Below, one piece after another: positions 12,801 to 25,702 of a stretch of DNA of 64,000 bases. How positions within the stretch are numbered: the stretch's first letter is position 1; every line of letters begins with the position of its first letter. Position numbers and translations under genes: made by a program. The notes below the pieces were generated by a model, which was given only the letters and a program-made list of their open reading frames with translations, was not told where the DNA came from and did not search any database. Source of the stretch: Eledone cirrhosa (taxonomy: Eukaryota); contig OZ024742.1 in the NCBI GenBank assembly GCA_964016885.1, positions 252,154,001-252,218,000 of the forward strand. Reading direction: 5' to 3'.

Positions 12801-13086
12801 CAACCTCGTTAGCGCGCCCCTTTAGGGTGCCTACATTTATGGTACCAACTCTGAAGTTTTGGATCGCGTTTGGAGGGTGGGGGTGGTGTGGGGCGGGGGG
12901 AGATGGGGTTATGTTAGCCATCCGCGGGCGAAACAAAGAAGAGTGCTCGCATTCTCGTCCACGAGGTGAATTTGACTTTAGCATTGGCATTTTCGCTCTG
13001 AGCGTCCAGATTTTTCTCTCCCCTCCACTCTCCAGGATTCCGCAGTCCGTCCATCCATCCATCCATCCATCATATATCGAAGGCAA
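9808..13086 (-). CDS. RTE polyprotein: APE-like endonuclease, reverse transcriptase, embedded PHD-type zinc finger
   Basis: EN motifs GTINVGTL, CCIQETRW, SAYAPQ, AGDLNGHVG, SQVDYIL, SQHRL; RT motifs NYRGIKL, QFGF, FVDLEKAFDRV, GVHQGSVLSP, LLYADD, FRYLG; C-terminal RRLRWYGHV and GRPRKTW. No internal stops. The track start at 13086 is a TTG, so the true ATG is probably further downstream. Confidence 0.93.
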   Translation of the reverse strand: MPSIYDGWMDGWTDCGILESGGERKIWTLRAKMPMLKSNSPRGRECEHSSLFRPRMANITPSPPAPHHPHPPNAIQNFRVGTINVGTLKGRANEVVEMLERKEVDVCCIQETRWRGGSARFIEGKKRCYKLFWVGNDDGLGGVGIMVAEKWADKIIDVNRVNDRIIKIRLVLNRTTVTVISAYAPQSGLPGTIKDRFYETLMLTTSQISDSDYIIIAGDLNGHVGQHCDGYDEIHGGYGFGTRNEEGSRILEFCDANNLTICNTNFKKRDNHLITYRSGEHTSQVDYILTRRRDRVSVVNTKSLPHEECTSQHRLIISDLIVRSRRTRQQKRTILRRKIWKLKDPTAKNKFQNILLDAFDSKEEHLESDNIEGQWEFLKANLLLATDEVCGWSRPVGRRRVTWWWNSKVEESIKAKKQAWKVWRDGGSRVDYQVARREARREVYLARREAEERKFKHVLQRDDQKREVFRIARQCVKENRDIVGEKCVLNDDGILAITDTDKKAAWKCHYERLLNEENKWEKDSLPHVDPIEGPAVLVEGSIISKAIKDMKTGKAAGPSEIVAEMLKASGTVGHTMVTRIVNQVVQNGVVPKDWHSSIIVNCYKGKGDALDRSNYRGIKLIDQVMKVTEKVIAQLIRERIDLDEMQFGFVSGKSTTDALFIVRQLQEKYLAKGKPLYLAFVDLEKAFDRVPRSIIWWALRKLGVDEWLVRAIQAMYKETVSKVRINNEYSEEFSVKVGVHQGSVLSPLLFIIALQAITEEFKTGCPWELLYADDLTLIAESMAELEKKFQTWKHGLESKGLKINLAKTKVLVCRKENKAAVPSGKWSCSVCRKGVGRNSILCPKCKVWVHKRCSGITGKLTKNIDFTCGRCSGAISSSKCPHNTSSFNCAEGSIEIVDSFRYLGDKISSGGGCSESTVARVRTGWKKFRELIPLLAAKGFSLKMKGRLYDACIRTAMLHGSETWALCAEDIRRLERNEACMLRWMCNSNIRERQSINELRKKLEIRGIRCCLLERRLRWYGHVMRMKVDSCITKCRAIKIDGSHGIGRPRKTWDELINSDLTHLHLSKTMSLDRDLWRYSVTEKTRLASRHL

Positions 13087-13107
13087 CCGTGCAAGCGATA
13101 GTATAGG

Positions 13108-13245
13108 CCTCTGGCTTATGATTGGTCCGCGTAATAATAATAATGGTGATGCGTGTGGGGGGGGGGGGTCTCTGGCTTATAGTAATAATGGTGATGCGTG
13201 TGGGGGGGGTCTCTGGCTTATGATTGGTCCACGTATTAAGAATGG
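13108..13245. repeat. Short imperfect tandem repeats in the RTE 5' region, carrying CCAAT motifs on the element strand
   Basis: ctctggcttat occurs three times, twice followed by gattggtcc (ggaccaatc on the - strand), and taatggtgatgcgtgtggggg occurs twice. Confidence 0.7.
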
Positions 13246-13278
13246 TGGTGTGTGGGGGCGGGTGGGAGGGATGTGGGG

Positions 13279-16200
13279 TAGCTAGCTGGAAGGTTATGAA
13301 TGTTTACCAGCGAGTAACAAAAAGCAAAACTGCAAGATTTGTTCTGTTCAATACGACAAAAACACCGTATTTAAACCTTAATAAATAACAAAAAATACAG
13401 ATTTCGGATTTTGCGGGATTGGATGTTTGTACGAAATTGTGGTGTGTGGAGGAGATAGGAAAAACGTGAACGTTACGATTACATGGTTACACCGTAGTAG
13501 GGGTAGTTGAAGCAGCAATTGTTTGGCGAAAGTGAATAAACATGAACGGGAATTTATCTTATATATATATGTGTGTGTGTGTGTGTAGCTAAGAGAGAGA
13601 GAGAGAGAGTGGGAAGGGGGAGAGAGAGAGAGAGAGAGTGGCTGACCGCAACCCCTCGTGAAGAAAATGGTGGGTGAGGGGTGTATGAGCGGGATTTTTG
13701 ACTTTCGAGGTAGCATGATATATATATTTAAAGTAAATTATAAGAAGTAGAATGGAAAGGATTTTGTTGTTTTTTGTTTTTTTGTTTGAGAATACGATAG
13801 AATTAGGGAATTGGAGGATACGATAGAATTAAGAATGGGAAGGATTTTGTTTTTTTTTGTTTGGGAATACGATGGAATTAAGGAATTTAAGGAATTGGAG
13901 AATACGATAGAATTAGCTAGCTGGAAGGTTATGAATGTTTACCAGCGAGTAACAAAAAGCAAAACTGCAAGATTTGTTCTGTTCAATACGACAAAAACAC
14001 CGTATTTAAACCTTAATAAATAACAAAAAATACAGATTTCGGATTTTGCGGGATTGGATGTTTGTACGAAATTGTGGTGTGTGGAGGAGATAGGAAAAAC
14101 GTGAACGTTACGATTACATGGTTACACCGTAGTAGGGGTAGTTGAAGCAGCAATTGTTTGGCGAAAGTGAATAAACATGAACGGGAATTTATCTTATATA
14201 TATATGTGTGTGTGTGTGTGTAGCTAAGAGAGAGAGAGAGAGAGTGGGAAGGGGGAGAGAGAGAGAGAGAGAGTGGCTGACCGCAACCCCTCGTGAAGAA
14301 AATGGTGGGTGAGGGGTGTATGAGCGGGATTTTTGACTTTCGAGGTAGCATGATATATATATTTAAAGTAAATTATAAGAAGTAGAATGGAAAGGATTTT
14401 GTTGTTTTTTGTTTTTTTGTTTGAGAATACGATAGAATTAGGGAATTGGAGGATACGATAGAATTAAGAATGGGAAGGATTTTGTTTTTTTTTTTGTTTG
14501 GGAATACGATGGAATTAAGGAATTTAAGGAATTGGAGAATACGATAGAATTAGCTAGCTGGAAGGTTATGAATGTTTACCAGCGAGTAACAAAAAGCAAA
14601 ACTGCAAGATTTGTTCTGTTCAATACGACAAAAACACCGTATTTAAACCTTAATAAATAACAAAAAATACAGATTTCGGATTTTGCGGGATTGGATGTTT
14701 GTACGAAATTGTGGTGTGTGGAGGAGATAGGAAAAACGTGAACGTTACGATTACATGGTTACACCGTAGTAGGGGTAGTTGAAGCAGCAATTGTTTGGCG
14801 AAAGTGAATAAACATGAACGGGAATTTATCTTATATATATATGTGTGTGTGTGTGTGTAGCTAAGAGAGAGAGAGAGAGAGTGGGAAGGGGGAGAGAGAG
14901 AGAGAGAGAGTGGCTGACCGCAACCCCTCGTGAAGAAAATGGTGGGTGAGGGGTGTATGAGCGGGATTTTTGACTTTCGAGGTAGCATGATATATATATT
15001 TAAAGTAAATTATAAGAAGTAGAATGGAAAGGATTTTGTTGTTTTTTGTTTTTTTGTTTGAGAATACGATAGAATTAGGGAATTGGAGGATACGATAGAA
15101 TTAAGAATGGGAAGGATTTTGTTTTTTTTTGTTTGGGAATACGATGGAATTAAGGAATTTAAGGAATTGGAGAATACGATAGAATTAGCTAGCTGGAAGG
15201 TTATGAATGTTTACCAGCGAGTAACAAAAAGCAAAACTGCAAGATTTGTTCTGTTCAATACGACAAAAACACCGTATTTAAACCTTAATAAATAACAAAA
15301 AATACAGATTTCGGATTTTGCGGGATTGGATGTTTGTACGAAATTGTGGTGTGTGGAGGAGATAGGAAAAACGTGAACGTTACGATTACATGGTTACACC
15401 GTAGTAGGGGTAGTTGAAGCAGCAATTGTTTGGCGAAAGTGAATAAACATGAACGGGAATTTATCTTATATATATATGTGTGTGTGTGTGTGTAGCTAAG
15501 AGAGAGAGAGAGAGAGTGGGAAGGGGGAGAGAGAGAGAGAGAGAGTGGCTGACCGCAACCCCTCGTGAAGAAAATGGTGGGTGAGGGGTGTATGAGCGGG
15601 ATTTTTGACTTTCGAGGTAGCATGATATATATATTTAAAGTAAATTATAAGAAGTAGAATGGAAAGGATTTTGTTGTTTTTTGTTTTTTTGTTTGAGAAT
15701 ACGATAGAATTAGGGAATTGGAGGATACGATAGAATTAAGAATGGGAAGGATTTTTTTTTTTTTTTTGTTTGGGAATACGATGGAATTAAGGAATTTAAG
15801 GAATTGGAGAATACGATAGAATTAGCTAGCTGGAAGGTTATGAATGTTTACCAGCGAGTAACAAAAAGCAAAACTGCAAGATTTGTTCTGTTCAATACGA
15901 CAAAAACACCGTATTTAAACCTTAATAAATAACAAAAAATACAGATTTCGGATTTTGCGGGATTGGATGTTTGTACGAAATTGTGGTGTGTGGAGGAGAT
16001 AGGAAAAACGTGAACGTTACGATTACATGGTTACACCGTAGTAGGGGTAGTTGAAGCAGCAATTGTTTGGCGAAAGTGAATAAACATGAACGGGAATTTA
16101 TCTTATATATATATGTGTGTGTGTGTGTGTAGCTAAGAGAGAGAGAGAGAGAGTGGGAAGGGGGAGAGAGAGAGAGAGAGAGTGGCTGACCGCAACCCCT

Positions 16201-19200
16201 CGTGAAGAAAATGGTGGGTGAGGGGTGTATGAGCGGGATTTTTGACTTTCGAGGTAGCATGATATATATATTTAAAGTAAATTATAAGAAGTAGAATGGA
16301 AAGGATTTTGTTGTTTTTTGTTTTTTTGTTTGAGAATACGATAGAATTAGGGAATTGGAGGATACGATAGAATTAAGAATGGGAAGGATTTTGTTTTTTT
16401 TTGTTTGGGAATACGATGGAATTAAGGAATTTAAGGAATTGGAGAATACGATAGAATTAGCTAGCTGGAAGGTTATGAATGTTTACCAGCGAGTAACAAA
16501 AAGCAAAACTGCAAGATTTGTTCTGTTCAATACGACAAAAACACCGTATTTAAACCTTAATAAATAACAAAAAATACAGATTTCGGATTTTGCGGGATTG
16601 GATGTTTGTACGAAATTGTGGTGTGTGGAGGAGATAGGAAAAACGTGAACGTTACGATTACATGGTTACACCGTAGTAGGGGTAGTTGAAGCAGCAATTG
16701 TTTGGCGAAAGTGAATAAACATGAACGGGAATTTATCTTATATATATATGTGTGTGTGTGTGTGTAGCTAAGAGAGAGAGAGAGAGAGTGGGAAGGGGGA
16801 GAGAGAGAGAGAGAGAGTGGCTGACCGCAACCCCTCGTGAAGAAAATGGTGGGTGAGGGGTGTATGAGCGGGATTTTTGACTTTCGAGGTAGCATGATAT
16901 ATATATTTAAAGTAAATTATAAGAAGTAGAATGGAAAGGATTTTGTTGTTTTTTGTTTTTTTGTTTGAGAATACGATAGAATTAGGGAATTGGAGGATAC
17001 GATAGAATTAAGAATGGGAAGGATTTTTTTTTTTTTTTGTTTGGGAATACGATGGAATTAAGGAATTTAAGGAATTGGAGAATACGATAGAATTAGCTAG
17101 CTGGAAGGTTATGAATGTTTACCAGCGAGTAACAAAAAGCAAAACTGCAAGATTTGTTCTGTTCAATACGACAAAAACACCGTATTTAAACCTTAATAAA
17201 TAACAAAAAATACAGATTTCGGATTTTGCGGGATTGGATGTTTGTACGAAATTGTGGTGTGTGGAGGAGATAGGAAAAACGTGAACGTTACGATTACATG
17301 GTTACACCGTAGTAGGGGTAGTTGAAGCAGCAATTGTTTGGCGAAAGTGAATAAACATGAACGGGAATTTATCTTATATATATATGTGTGTGTGTGTGTG
17401 TAGCTAAGAGAGAGAGAGAGAGAGTGGGAAGGGGGAGAGAGAGAGAGAGAGAGTGGCTGACCGCAACCCCTCGTGAAGAAAATGGTGGGTGAGGGGTGTA
17501 TGAGCGGGATTTTTGACTTTCGAGGTAGCATGATATATATATTTAAAGTAAATTATAAGAAGTAGAATGGAAAGGATTTTGTTGTTTTTTGTTTTTTTGT
17601 TTGAGAATACGATAGAATTAGGGAATTGGAGGATACGATAGAATTAAGAATGGGAAGGATTTTGTTTTTTTTTGTTTGGGAATACGATGGAATTAAGGAA
17701 TTTAAGGAATTGGAGAATACGATAGAATTAGCTAGCTGGAAGGTTATGAATGTTTACCAGCGAGTAACAAAAAGCAAAACTGCAAGATTTGTTCTGTTCA
17801 ATACGACAAAAACACCGTATTTAAACCTTAATAAATAACAAAAAATACAGATTTCGGATTTTGCGGGATTGGATGTTTGTACGAAATTGTGGTGTGTGGA
17901 GGAGATAGGAAAAACGTGAACGTTACGATTACATGGTTACACCGTAGTAGGGGTAGTTGAAGCAGCAATTGTTTGGCGAAAGTGAATAAACATGAACGGG
18001 AATTTATCTTATATATATATGTGTGTGTGTGTGTGTAGCTAAGAGAGAGAGAGAGAGAGTGGGAAGGGGGAGAGAGAGAGAGAGAGAGTGGCTGACCGCA
18101 ACCCCTCGTGAAGAAAATGGTGGGTGAGGGGTGTATGAGCGGGATTTTTGACTTTCGAGGTAGCATGATATATATATTTAAAGTAAATTATAAGAAGTAG
18201 AATGGAAAGGATTTTGTTGTTTTTTGTTTTTTTGTTTGAGAATACGATAGAATTAGGGAATTGGAGGATACGATAGAATTAAGAATGGGAAGGATTTTGT
18301 TTTTTTTTGTTTGGGAATACGATGGAATTAAGGAATTTAAGGAATTGGAGAATACGATAGAATTAGCTAGCTGGAAGGTTATGAATGTTTACCAGCGAGT
18401 AACAAAAAGCAAAACTGCAAGATTTGTTCTGTTCAATACGACAAAAACACCGTATTTAAACCTTAATAAATAACAAAAAATACAGATTTCGGATTTTGCG
18501 GGATTGGATGTTTGTACGAAATTGTGGTGTGTGGAGGAGATAGGAAAAACGTGAACGTTACGATTACATGGTTACACCGTAGTAGGGGTAGTTGAAGCAG
18601 CAATTGTTTGGCGAAAGTGAATAAACATGAACGGGAATTTATCTTATATATATATGTGTGTGTGTGTGTGTAGCTAAGAGAGAGAGAGAGAGAGTGGGAA
18701 GGGGGAGAGAGAGAGAGAGAGAGTGGCTGACCGCAACCCCTCGTGAAGAAAATGGTGGGTGAGGGGTGTATGAGCGGGATTTTTGACTTTCGAGGTAGCA
18801 TGATATATATATTTAAAGTAAATTATAAGAAGTAGAATGGAAAGGATTTTGTTGTTTTTTGTTTTTTTGTTTGAGAATACGATAGAATTAGGGAATTGGA
18901 GGATACGATAGAATTAAGAATGGGAAGGATTTTGTTTTTTTTTGTTTGGGAATACGATGGAATTAAGGAATTTAAGGAATTGGAGAATACGATAGAATTA
19001 GCTAGCTGGAAGGTTATGAATGTTTACCAGCGAGTAACAAAAAGCAAAACTGCAAGATTTGTTCTGTTCAATACGACAAAAACACCGTATTTAAACCTTA
19101 ATAAATAACAAAAAATACAGATTTCGGATTTTGCGGGATTGGATGTTTGTACGAAATTGTGGTGTGTGGAGGAGATAGGAAAAACGTGAACGTTACGATT

Positions 19201-22200
19201 ACATGGTTACACCGTAGTAGGGGTAGTTGAAGCAGCAATTGTTTGGCGAAAGTGAATAAACATGAACGGGAATTTATCTTATATATATATGTGTGTGTGT
19301 GTGTGTAGCTAAGAGAGAGAGAGAGAGAGTGGGAAGGGGGAGAGAGAGAGAGAGAGAGTGGCTGACCGCAACCCCTCGTGAAGAAAATGGTGGGTGAGGG
19401 GTGTATGAGCGGGATTTTTGACTTTCGAGGTAGCATGATATATATATTTAAAGTAAATTATAAGAAGTAGAATGGAAAGGATTTTGTTGTTTTTTGTTTT
19501 TTTGTTTGAGAATACGATAGAATTAGGGAATTGGAGGATACGATAGAATTAAGAATGGGAAGGATTTTGTTTTTTTTTTTGTTTGGGAATACGATGGAAT
19601 TAAGGAATTTAAGGAATTGGAGAATACGATAGAATTAGCTAGCTGGAAGGTTATGAATGTTTACCAGCGAGTAACAAAAAGCAAAACTGCAAGATTTGTT
19701 CTGTTCAATACGACAAAAACACCGTATTTAAACCTTAATAAATAACAAAAAATACAGATTTCGGATTTTGCGGGATTGGATGTTTGTACGAAATTGTGGT
19801 GTGTGGAGGAGATAGGAAAAACGTGAACGTTACGATTACATGGTTACACCGTAGTAGGGGTAGTTGAAGCAGCAATTGTTTGGCGAAAGTGAATAAACAT
19901 GAACGGGAATTTATCTTATATATATATGTGTGTGTGTGTGTGTAGCTAAGAGAGAGAGAGAGAGAGTGGGAAGGGGGAGAGAGAGAGAGAGAGAGTGGCT
20001 GACCGCAACCCCTCGTGAAGAAAATGGTGGGTGAGGGGTGTATGAGCGGGATTTTTGACTTTCGAGGTAGCATGATATATATATTTAAAGTAAATTATAA
20101 GAAGTAGAATGGAAAGGATTTTGTTGTTTTTTGTTTTTTTGTTTGAGAATACGATAGAATTAGGGAATTGGAGGATACGATAGAATTAAGAATGGGAAGG
20201 ATTTTGTTTTTTTTTGTTTGGGAATACGATGGAATTAAGGAATTTAAGGAATTGGAGAATACGATAGAATTAGCTAGCTGGAAGGTTATGAATGTTTACC
20301 AGCGAGTAACAAAAAGCAAAACTGCAAGATTTGTTCTGTTCAATACGACAAAAACACCGTATTTAAACCTTAATAAATAACAAAAAATACAGATTTCGGA
20401 TTTTGCGGGATTGGATGTTTGTACGAAATTGTGGTGTGTGGAGGAGATAGGAAAAACGTGAACGTTACGATTACATGGTTACACCGTAGTAGGGGTAGTT
20501 GAAGCAGCAATTGTTTGGCGAAAGTGAATAAACATGAACGGGAATTTATCTTATATATATATGTGTGTGTGTGTGTGTAGCTAAGAGAGAGAGAGAGAGA
20601 GTGGGAAGGGGGAGAGAGAGAGAGAGAGAGTGGCTGACCGCAACCCCTCGTGAAGAAAATGGTGGGTGAGGGGTGTATGAGCGGGATTTTTGACTTTCGA
20701 GGTAGCATGATATATATATTTAAAGTAAATTATAAGAAGTAGAATGGAAAGGATTTTGTTGTTTTTTGTTTTTTTGTTTGAGAATACGATAGAATTAGGG
20801 AATTGGAGGATACGATAGAATTAAGAATGGGAAGGATTTTGTTTTTTTTTGTTTGGGAATACGATGGAATTAAGGAATTTAAGGAATTGGAGAATACGAT
20901 AGAATTAGCTAGCTGGAAGGTTATGAATGTTTACCAGCGAGTAACAAAAAGCAAAACTGCAAGATTTGTTCTGTTCAATACGACAAAAACACCGTATTTA
21001 AACCTTAATAAATAACAAAAAATACAGATTTCGGATTTTGCGGGATTGGATGTTTGTACGAAATTGTGGTGTGTGGAGGAGATAGGAAAAACGTGAACGT
21101 TACGATTACATGGTTACACCGTAGTAGGGGTAGTTGAAGCAGCAATTGTTTGGCGAAAGTGAATAAACATGAACGGGAATTTATCTTATATATATATGTG
21201 TGTGTGTGTGTGTAGCTAAGAGAGAGAGAGAGAGAGTGGGAAGGGGGAGAGAGAGAGAGAGAGAGTGGCTGACCGCAACCCCTCGTGAAGAAAATGGTGG
21301 GTGAGGGGTGTATGAGCGGGATTTTTGACTTTCGAGGTAGCATGATATATATATTTAAAGTAAATTATAAGAAGTAGAATGGAAAGGATTTTGTTGTTTT
21401 TTGTTTTTTTGTTTGAGAATACGATAGAATTAGGGAATTGGAGGATACGATAGAATTAAGAATGGGAAGGATTTTTTTTTTTTTTTTGTTTGGGAATACG
21501 ATGGAATTAAGGAATTTAAGGAATTGGAGAATACGATAGAATTAGCTAGCTGGAAGGTTATGAATGTTTACCAGCGAGTAACAAAAAGCAAAACTGCAAG
21601 ATTTGTTCTGTTCAATACGACAAAAACACCGTATTTAAACCTTAATAAATAACAAAAAATACAGATTTCGGATTTTGCGGGATTGGATGTTTGTACGAAA
21701 TTGTGGTGTGTGGAGGAGATAGGAAAAACGTGAACGTTACGATTACATGGTTACACCGTAGTAGGGGTAGTTGAAGCAGCAATTGTTTGGCGAAAGTGAA
21801 TAAACATGAACGGGAATTTATCTTATATATATATGTGTGTGTGTGTGTGTAGCTAAGAGAGAGAGAGAGAGAGTGGGAAGGGGGAGAGAGAGAGAGAGAG
21901 AGTGGCTGACCGCAACCCCTCGTGAAGAAAATGGTGGGTGAGGGGTGTATGAGCGGGATTTTTGACTTTCGAGGTAGCATGATATATATATTTAAAGTAA
22001 ATTATAAGAAGTAGAATGGAAAGGATTTTGTTGTTTTTTGTTTTTTTGTTTGAGAATACGATAGAATTAGGGAATTGGAGGATACGATAGAATTAAGAAT
22101 GGGAAGGATTTTGTTTTTTTTTTTGTTTGGGAATACGATGGAATTAAGGAATTTAAGGAATTGGAGAATACGATAGAATTAGCTAGCTGGAAGGTTATGA

Positions 22201-25200
22201 ATGTTTACCAGCGAGTAACAAAAAGCAAAACTGCAAGATTTGTTCTGTTCAATACGACAAAAACACCGTATTTAAACCTTAATAAATAACAAAAAATACA
22301 GATTTCGGATTTTGCGGGATTGGATGTTTGTACGAAATTGTGGTGTGTGGAGGAGATAGGAAAAACGTGAACGTTACGATTACATGGTTACACCGTAGTA
22401 GGGGTAGTTGAAGCAGCAATTGTTTGGCGAAAGTGAATAAACATGAACGGGAATTTATCTTATATATATATGTGTGTGTGTGTGTGTAGCTAAGAGAGAG
22501 AGAGAGAGAGTGGGAAGGGGGAGAGAGAGAGAGAGAGAGTGGCTGACCGCAACCCCTCGTGAAGAAAATGGTGGGTGAGGGGTGTATGAGCGGGATTTTT
22601 GACTTTCGAGGTAGCATGATATATATATTTAAAGTAAATTATAAGAAGTAGAATGGAAAGGATTTTGTTGTTTTTTGTTTTTTTGTTTGAGAATACGATA
22701 GAATTAGGGAATTGGAGGATACGATAGAATTAAGAATGGGAAGGATTTTGTTTTTTTTTGTTTGGGAATACGATGGAATTAAGGAATTTAAGGAATTGGA
22801 GAATACGATAGAATTAGCTAGCTGGAAGGTTATGAATGTTTACCAGCGAGTAACAAAAAGCAAAACTGCAAGATTTGTTCTGTTCAATACGACAAAAACA
22901 CCGTATTTAAACCTTAATAAATAACAAAAAATACAGATTTCGGATTTTGCGGGATTGGATGTTTGTACGAAATTGTGGTGTGTGGAGGAGATAGGAAAAA
23001 CGTGAACGTTACGATTACATGGTTACACCGTAGTAGGGGTAGTTGAAGCAGCAATTGTTTGGCGAAAGTGAATAAACATGAACGGGAATTTATCTTATAT
23101 ATATATGTGTGTGTGTGTGTGTAGCTAAGAGAGAGAGAGAGAGAGTGGGAAGGGGGAGAGAGAGAGAGAGAGAGTGGCTGACCGCAACCCCTCGTGAAGA
23201 AAATGGTGGGTGAGGGGTGTATGAGCGGGATTTTTGACTTTCGAGGTAGCATGATATATATATTTAAAGTAAATTATAAGAAGTAGAATGGAAAGGATTT
23301 TGTTGTTTTTTGTTTTTTTGTTTGAGAATACGATAGAATTAGGGAATTGGAGGATACGATAGAATTAAGAATGGGAAGGATTTTGTTTTTTTTTTTGTTT
23401 GGGAATACGATGGAATTAAGGAATTTAAGGAATTGGAGAATACGATAGAATTAGCTAGCTGGAAGGTTATGAATGTTTACCAGCGAGTAACAAAAAGCAA
23501 AACTGCAAGATTTGTTCTGTTCAATACGACAAAAACACCGTATTTAAACCTTAATAAATAACAAAAAATACAGATTTCGGATTTTGCGGGATTGGATGTT
23601 TGTACGAAATTGTGGTGTGTGGAGGAGATAGGAAAAACGTGAACGTTACGATTACATGGTTACACCGTAGTAGGGGTAGTTGAAGCAGCAATTGTTTGGC
23701 GAAAGTGAATAAACATGAACGGGAATTTATCTTATATATATATGTGTGTGTGTGTGTGTAGCTAAGAGAGAGAGAGAGAGAGTGGGAAGGGGGAGAGAGA
23801 GAGAGAGAGAGTGGCTGACCGCAACCCCTCGTGAAGAAAATGGTGGGTGAGGGGTGTATGAGCGGGATTTTTGACTTTCGAGGTAGCATGATATATATAT
23901 TTAAAGTAAATTATAAGAAGTAGAATGGAAAGGATTTTGTTGTTTTTTGTTTTTTTGTTTGAGAATACGATAGAATTAGGGAATTGGAGGATACGATAGA
24001 ATTAAGAATGGGAAGGATTTTGTTTTTTTTTGTTTGGGAATACGATGGAATTAAGGAATTTAAGGAATTGGAGAATACGATAGAATTAGCTAGCTGGAAG
24101 GTTATGAATGTTTACCAGCGAGTAACAAAAAGCAAAACTGCAAGATTTGTTCTGTTCAATACGACAAAAACACCGTATTTAAACCTTAATAAATAACAAA
24201 AAATACAGATTTCGGATTTTGCGGGATTGGATGTTTGTACGAAATTGTGGTGTGTGGAGGAGATAGGAAAAACGTGAACGTTACGATTACATGGTTACAC
24301 CGTAGTAGGGGTAGTTGAAGCAGCAATTGTTTGGCGAAAGTGAATAAACATGAACGGGAATTTATCTTATATATATATGTGTGTGTGTGTGTGTAGCTAA
24401 GAGAGAGAGAGAGAGAGTGGGAAGGGGGAGAGAGAGAGAGAGAGAGTGGCTGACCGCAACCCCTCGTGAAGAAAATGGTGGGTGAGGGGTGTATGAGCGG
24501 GATTTTTGACTTTCGAGGTAGCATGATATATATATTTAAAGTAAATTATAAGAAGTAGAATGGAAAGGATTTTGTTGTTTTTTGTTTTTTTGTTTGAGAA
24601 TACGATAGAATTAGGGAATTGGAGGATACGATAGAATTAAGAATGGGAAGGATTTTGTTTTTTTTTGTTTGGGAATACGATGGAATTAAGGAATTTAAGG
24701 AATTGGAGAATACGATAGAATTAGCTAGCTGGAAGGTTATGAATGTTTACCAGCGAGTAACAAAAAGCAAAACTGCAAGATTTGTTCTGTTCAATACGAC
24801 AAAAACACCGTATTTAAACCTTAATAAATAACAAAAAATACAGATTTCGGATTTTGCGGGATTGGATGTTTGTACGAAATTGTGGTGTGTGGAGGAGATA
24901 GGAAAAACGTGAACGTTACGATTACATGGTTACACCGTAGTAGGGGTAGTTGAAGCAGCAATTGTTTGGCGAAAGTGAATAAACATGAACGGGAATTTAT
25001 CTTATATATATATGTGTGTGTGTGTGTGTAGCTAAGAGAGAGAGAGAGAGAGTGGGAAGGGGGAGAGAGAGAGAGAGAGAGTGGCTGACCGCAACCCCTC
25101 GTGAAGAAAATGGTGGGTGAGGGGTGTATGAGCGGGATTTTTGACTTTCGAGGTAGCATGATATATATATTTAAAGTAAATTATAAGAAGTAGAATGGAA

Positions 25201-25603
25201 AGGATTTTGTTGTTTTTTGTTTTTTTGTTTGAGAATACGATAGAATTAGGGAATTGGAGGATACGATAGAATTAAGAATGGGAAGGATTTTTTTTTTTTT
25301 TTTGTTTGGGAATACGATGGAATTAAGGAATTTAAGGAATTGGAGAATACGATAGAATTAGCTAGCTGGAAGGTTATGAATGTTTACCAGCGAGTAACAA
25401 AAAGCAAAACTGCAAGATTTGTTCTGTTCAATACGACAAAAACACCGTATTTAAACCTTAATAAATAACAAAAAATACAGATTTCGGATTTTGCGGGATT
25501 GGATGTTTGTACGAAATTGTGGTGTGTGGAGGAGATAGGAAAAACGTGAACGTTACGATTACATGGTTACACCGTAGTAGGGGTAGTTGAAGCAGCAATT
25601 GTT

Positions 25604-25605
<2 letters not shown>
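13279..25605. repeat. Tandem array of 19 full plus one partial (247 bp) 635-637-bp monomers
   Basis: Monomer start tagctagctggaagg at 13279, 13914 ... 25359; ORF-track spacing 635/636/637; visible differences are confined to one T tract; ends at gcaattgtttg (25605) against (TA)n. Confidence 0.98.
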
Positions 25606-25663
<58 letters not shown>

Positions 25664-25702
25664 ATGTGGTATATGTGTATGTGTGTGTGAGTGTGTGTGT
25701 GT
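25606..25702. repeat. (TA)n/(TG)n microsatellite
   Basis: Direct reading. Confidence 0.9.

Larger units (their letters stand above)
9450..13278 (-). mobile_element. RTE-clade non-LTR retrotransposon, apparently intact (the array at 13279-25605 may also belong to it)
   Basis: Single long APE+RT ORF, ~350-bp 3' UTR, and a (GAT)n tail read as catcatcat at 9450-9470 on the + strand. Confidence 0.93.

Noticed and set aside
9884-13285. Antisense ORFs over the RTE (likewise over the other RTEs and the PLE)
   Set aside because: Shadow frames of the retroelement coding strand with no motifs.
13279-25605. CRISPR-like or RNA-gene (5S, snRNA, tRNA) array
   Set aside because: No variable spacers and no recognisable RNA gene or Pol III boxes in the monomer by eye; an Rfam scan would settle it.
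9430-25620. Target-site duplication delimiting RTE plus array
   Set aside because: Only short AT-alternating matches, which are uninformative, so the 5' boundary is unproven.
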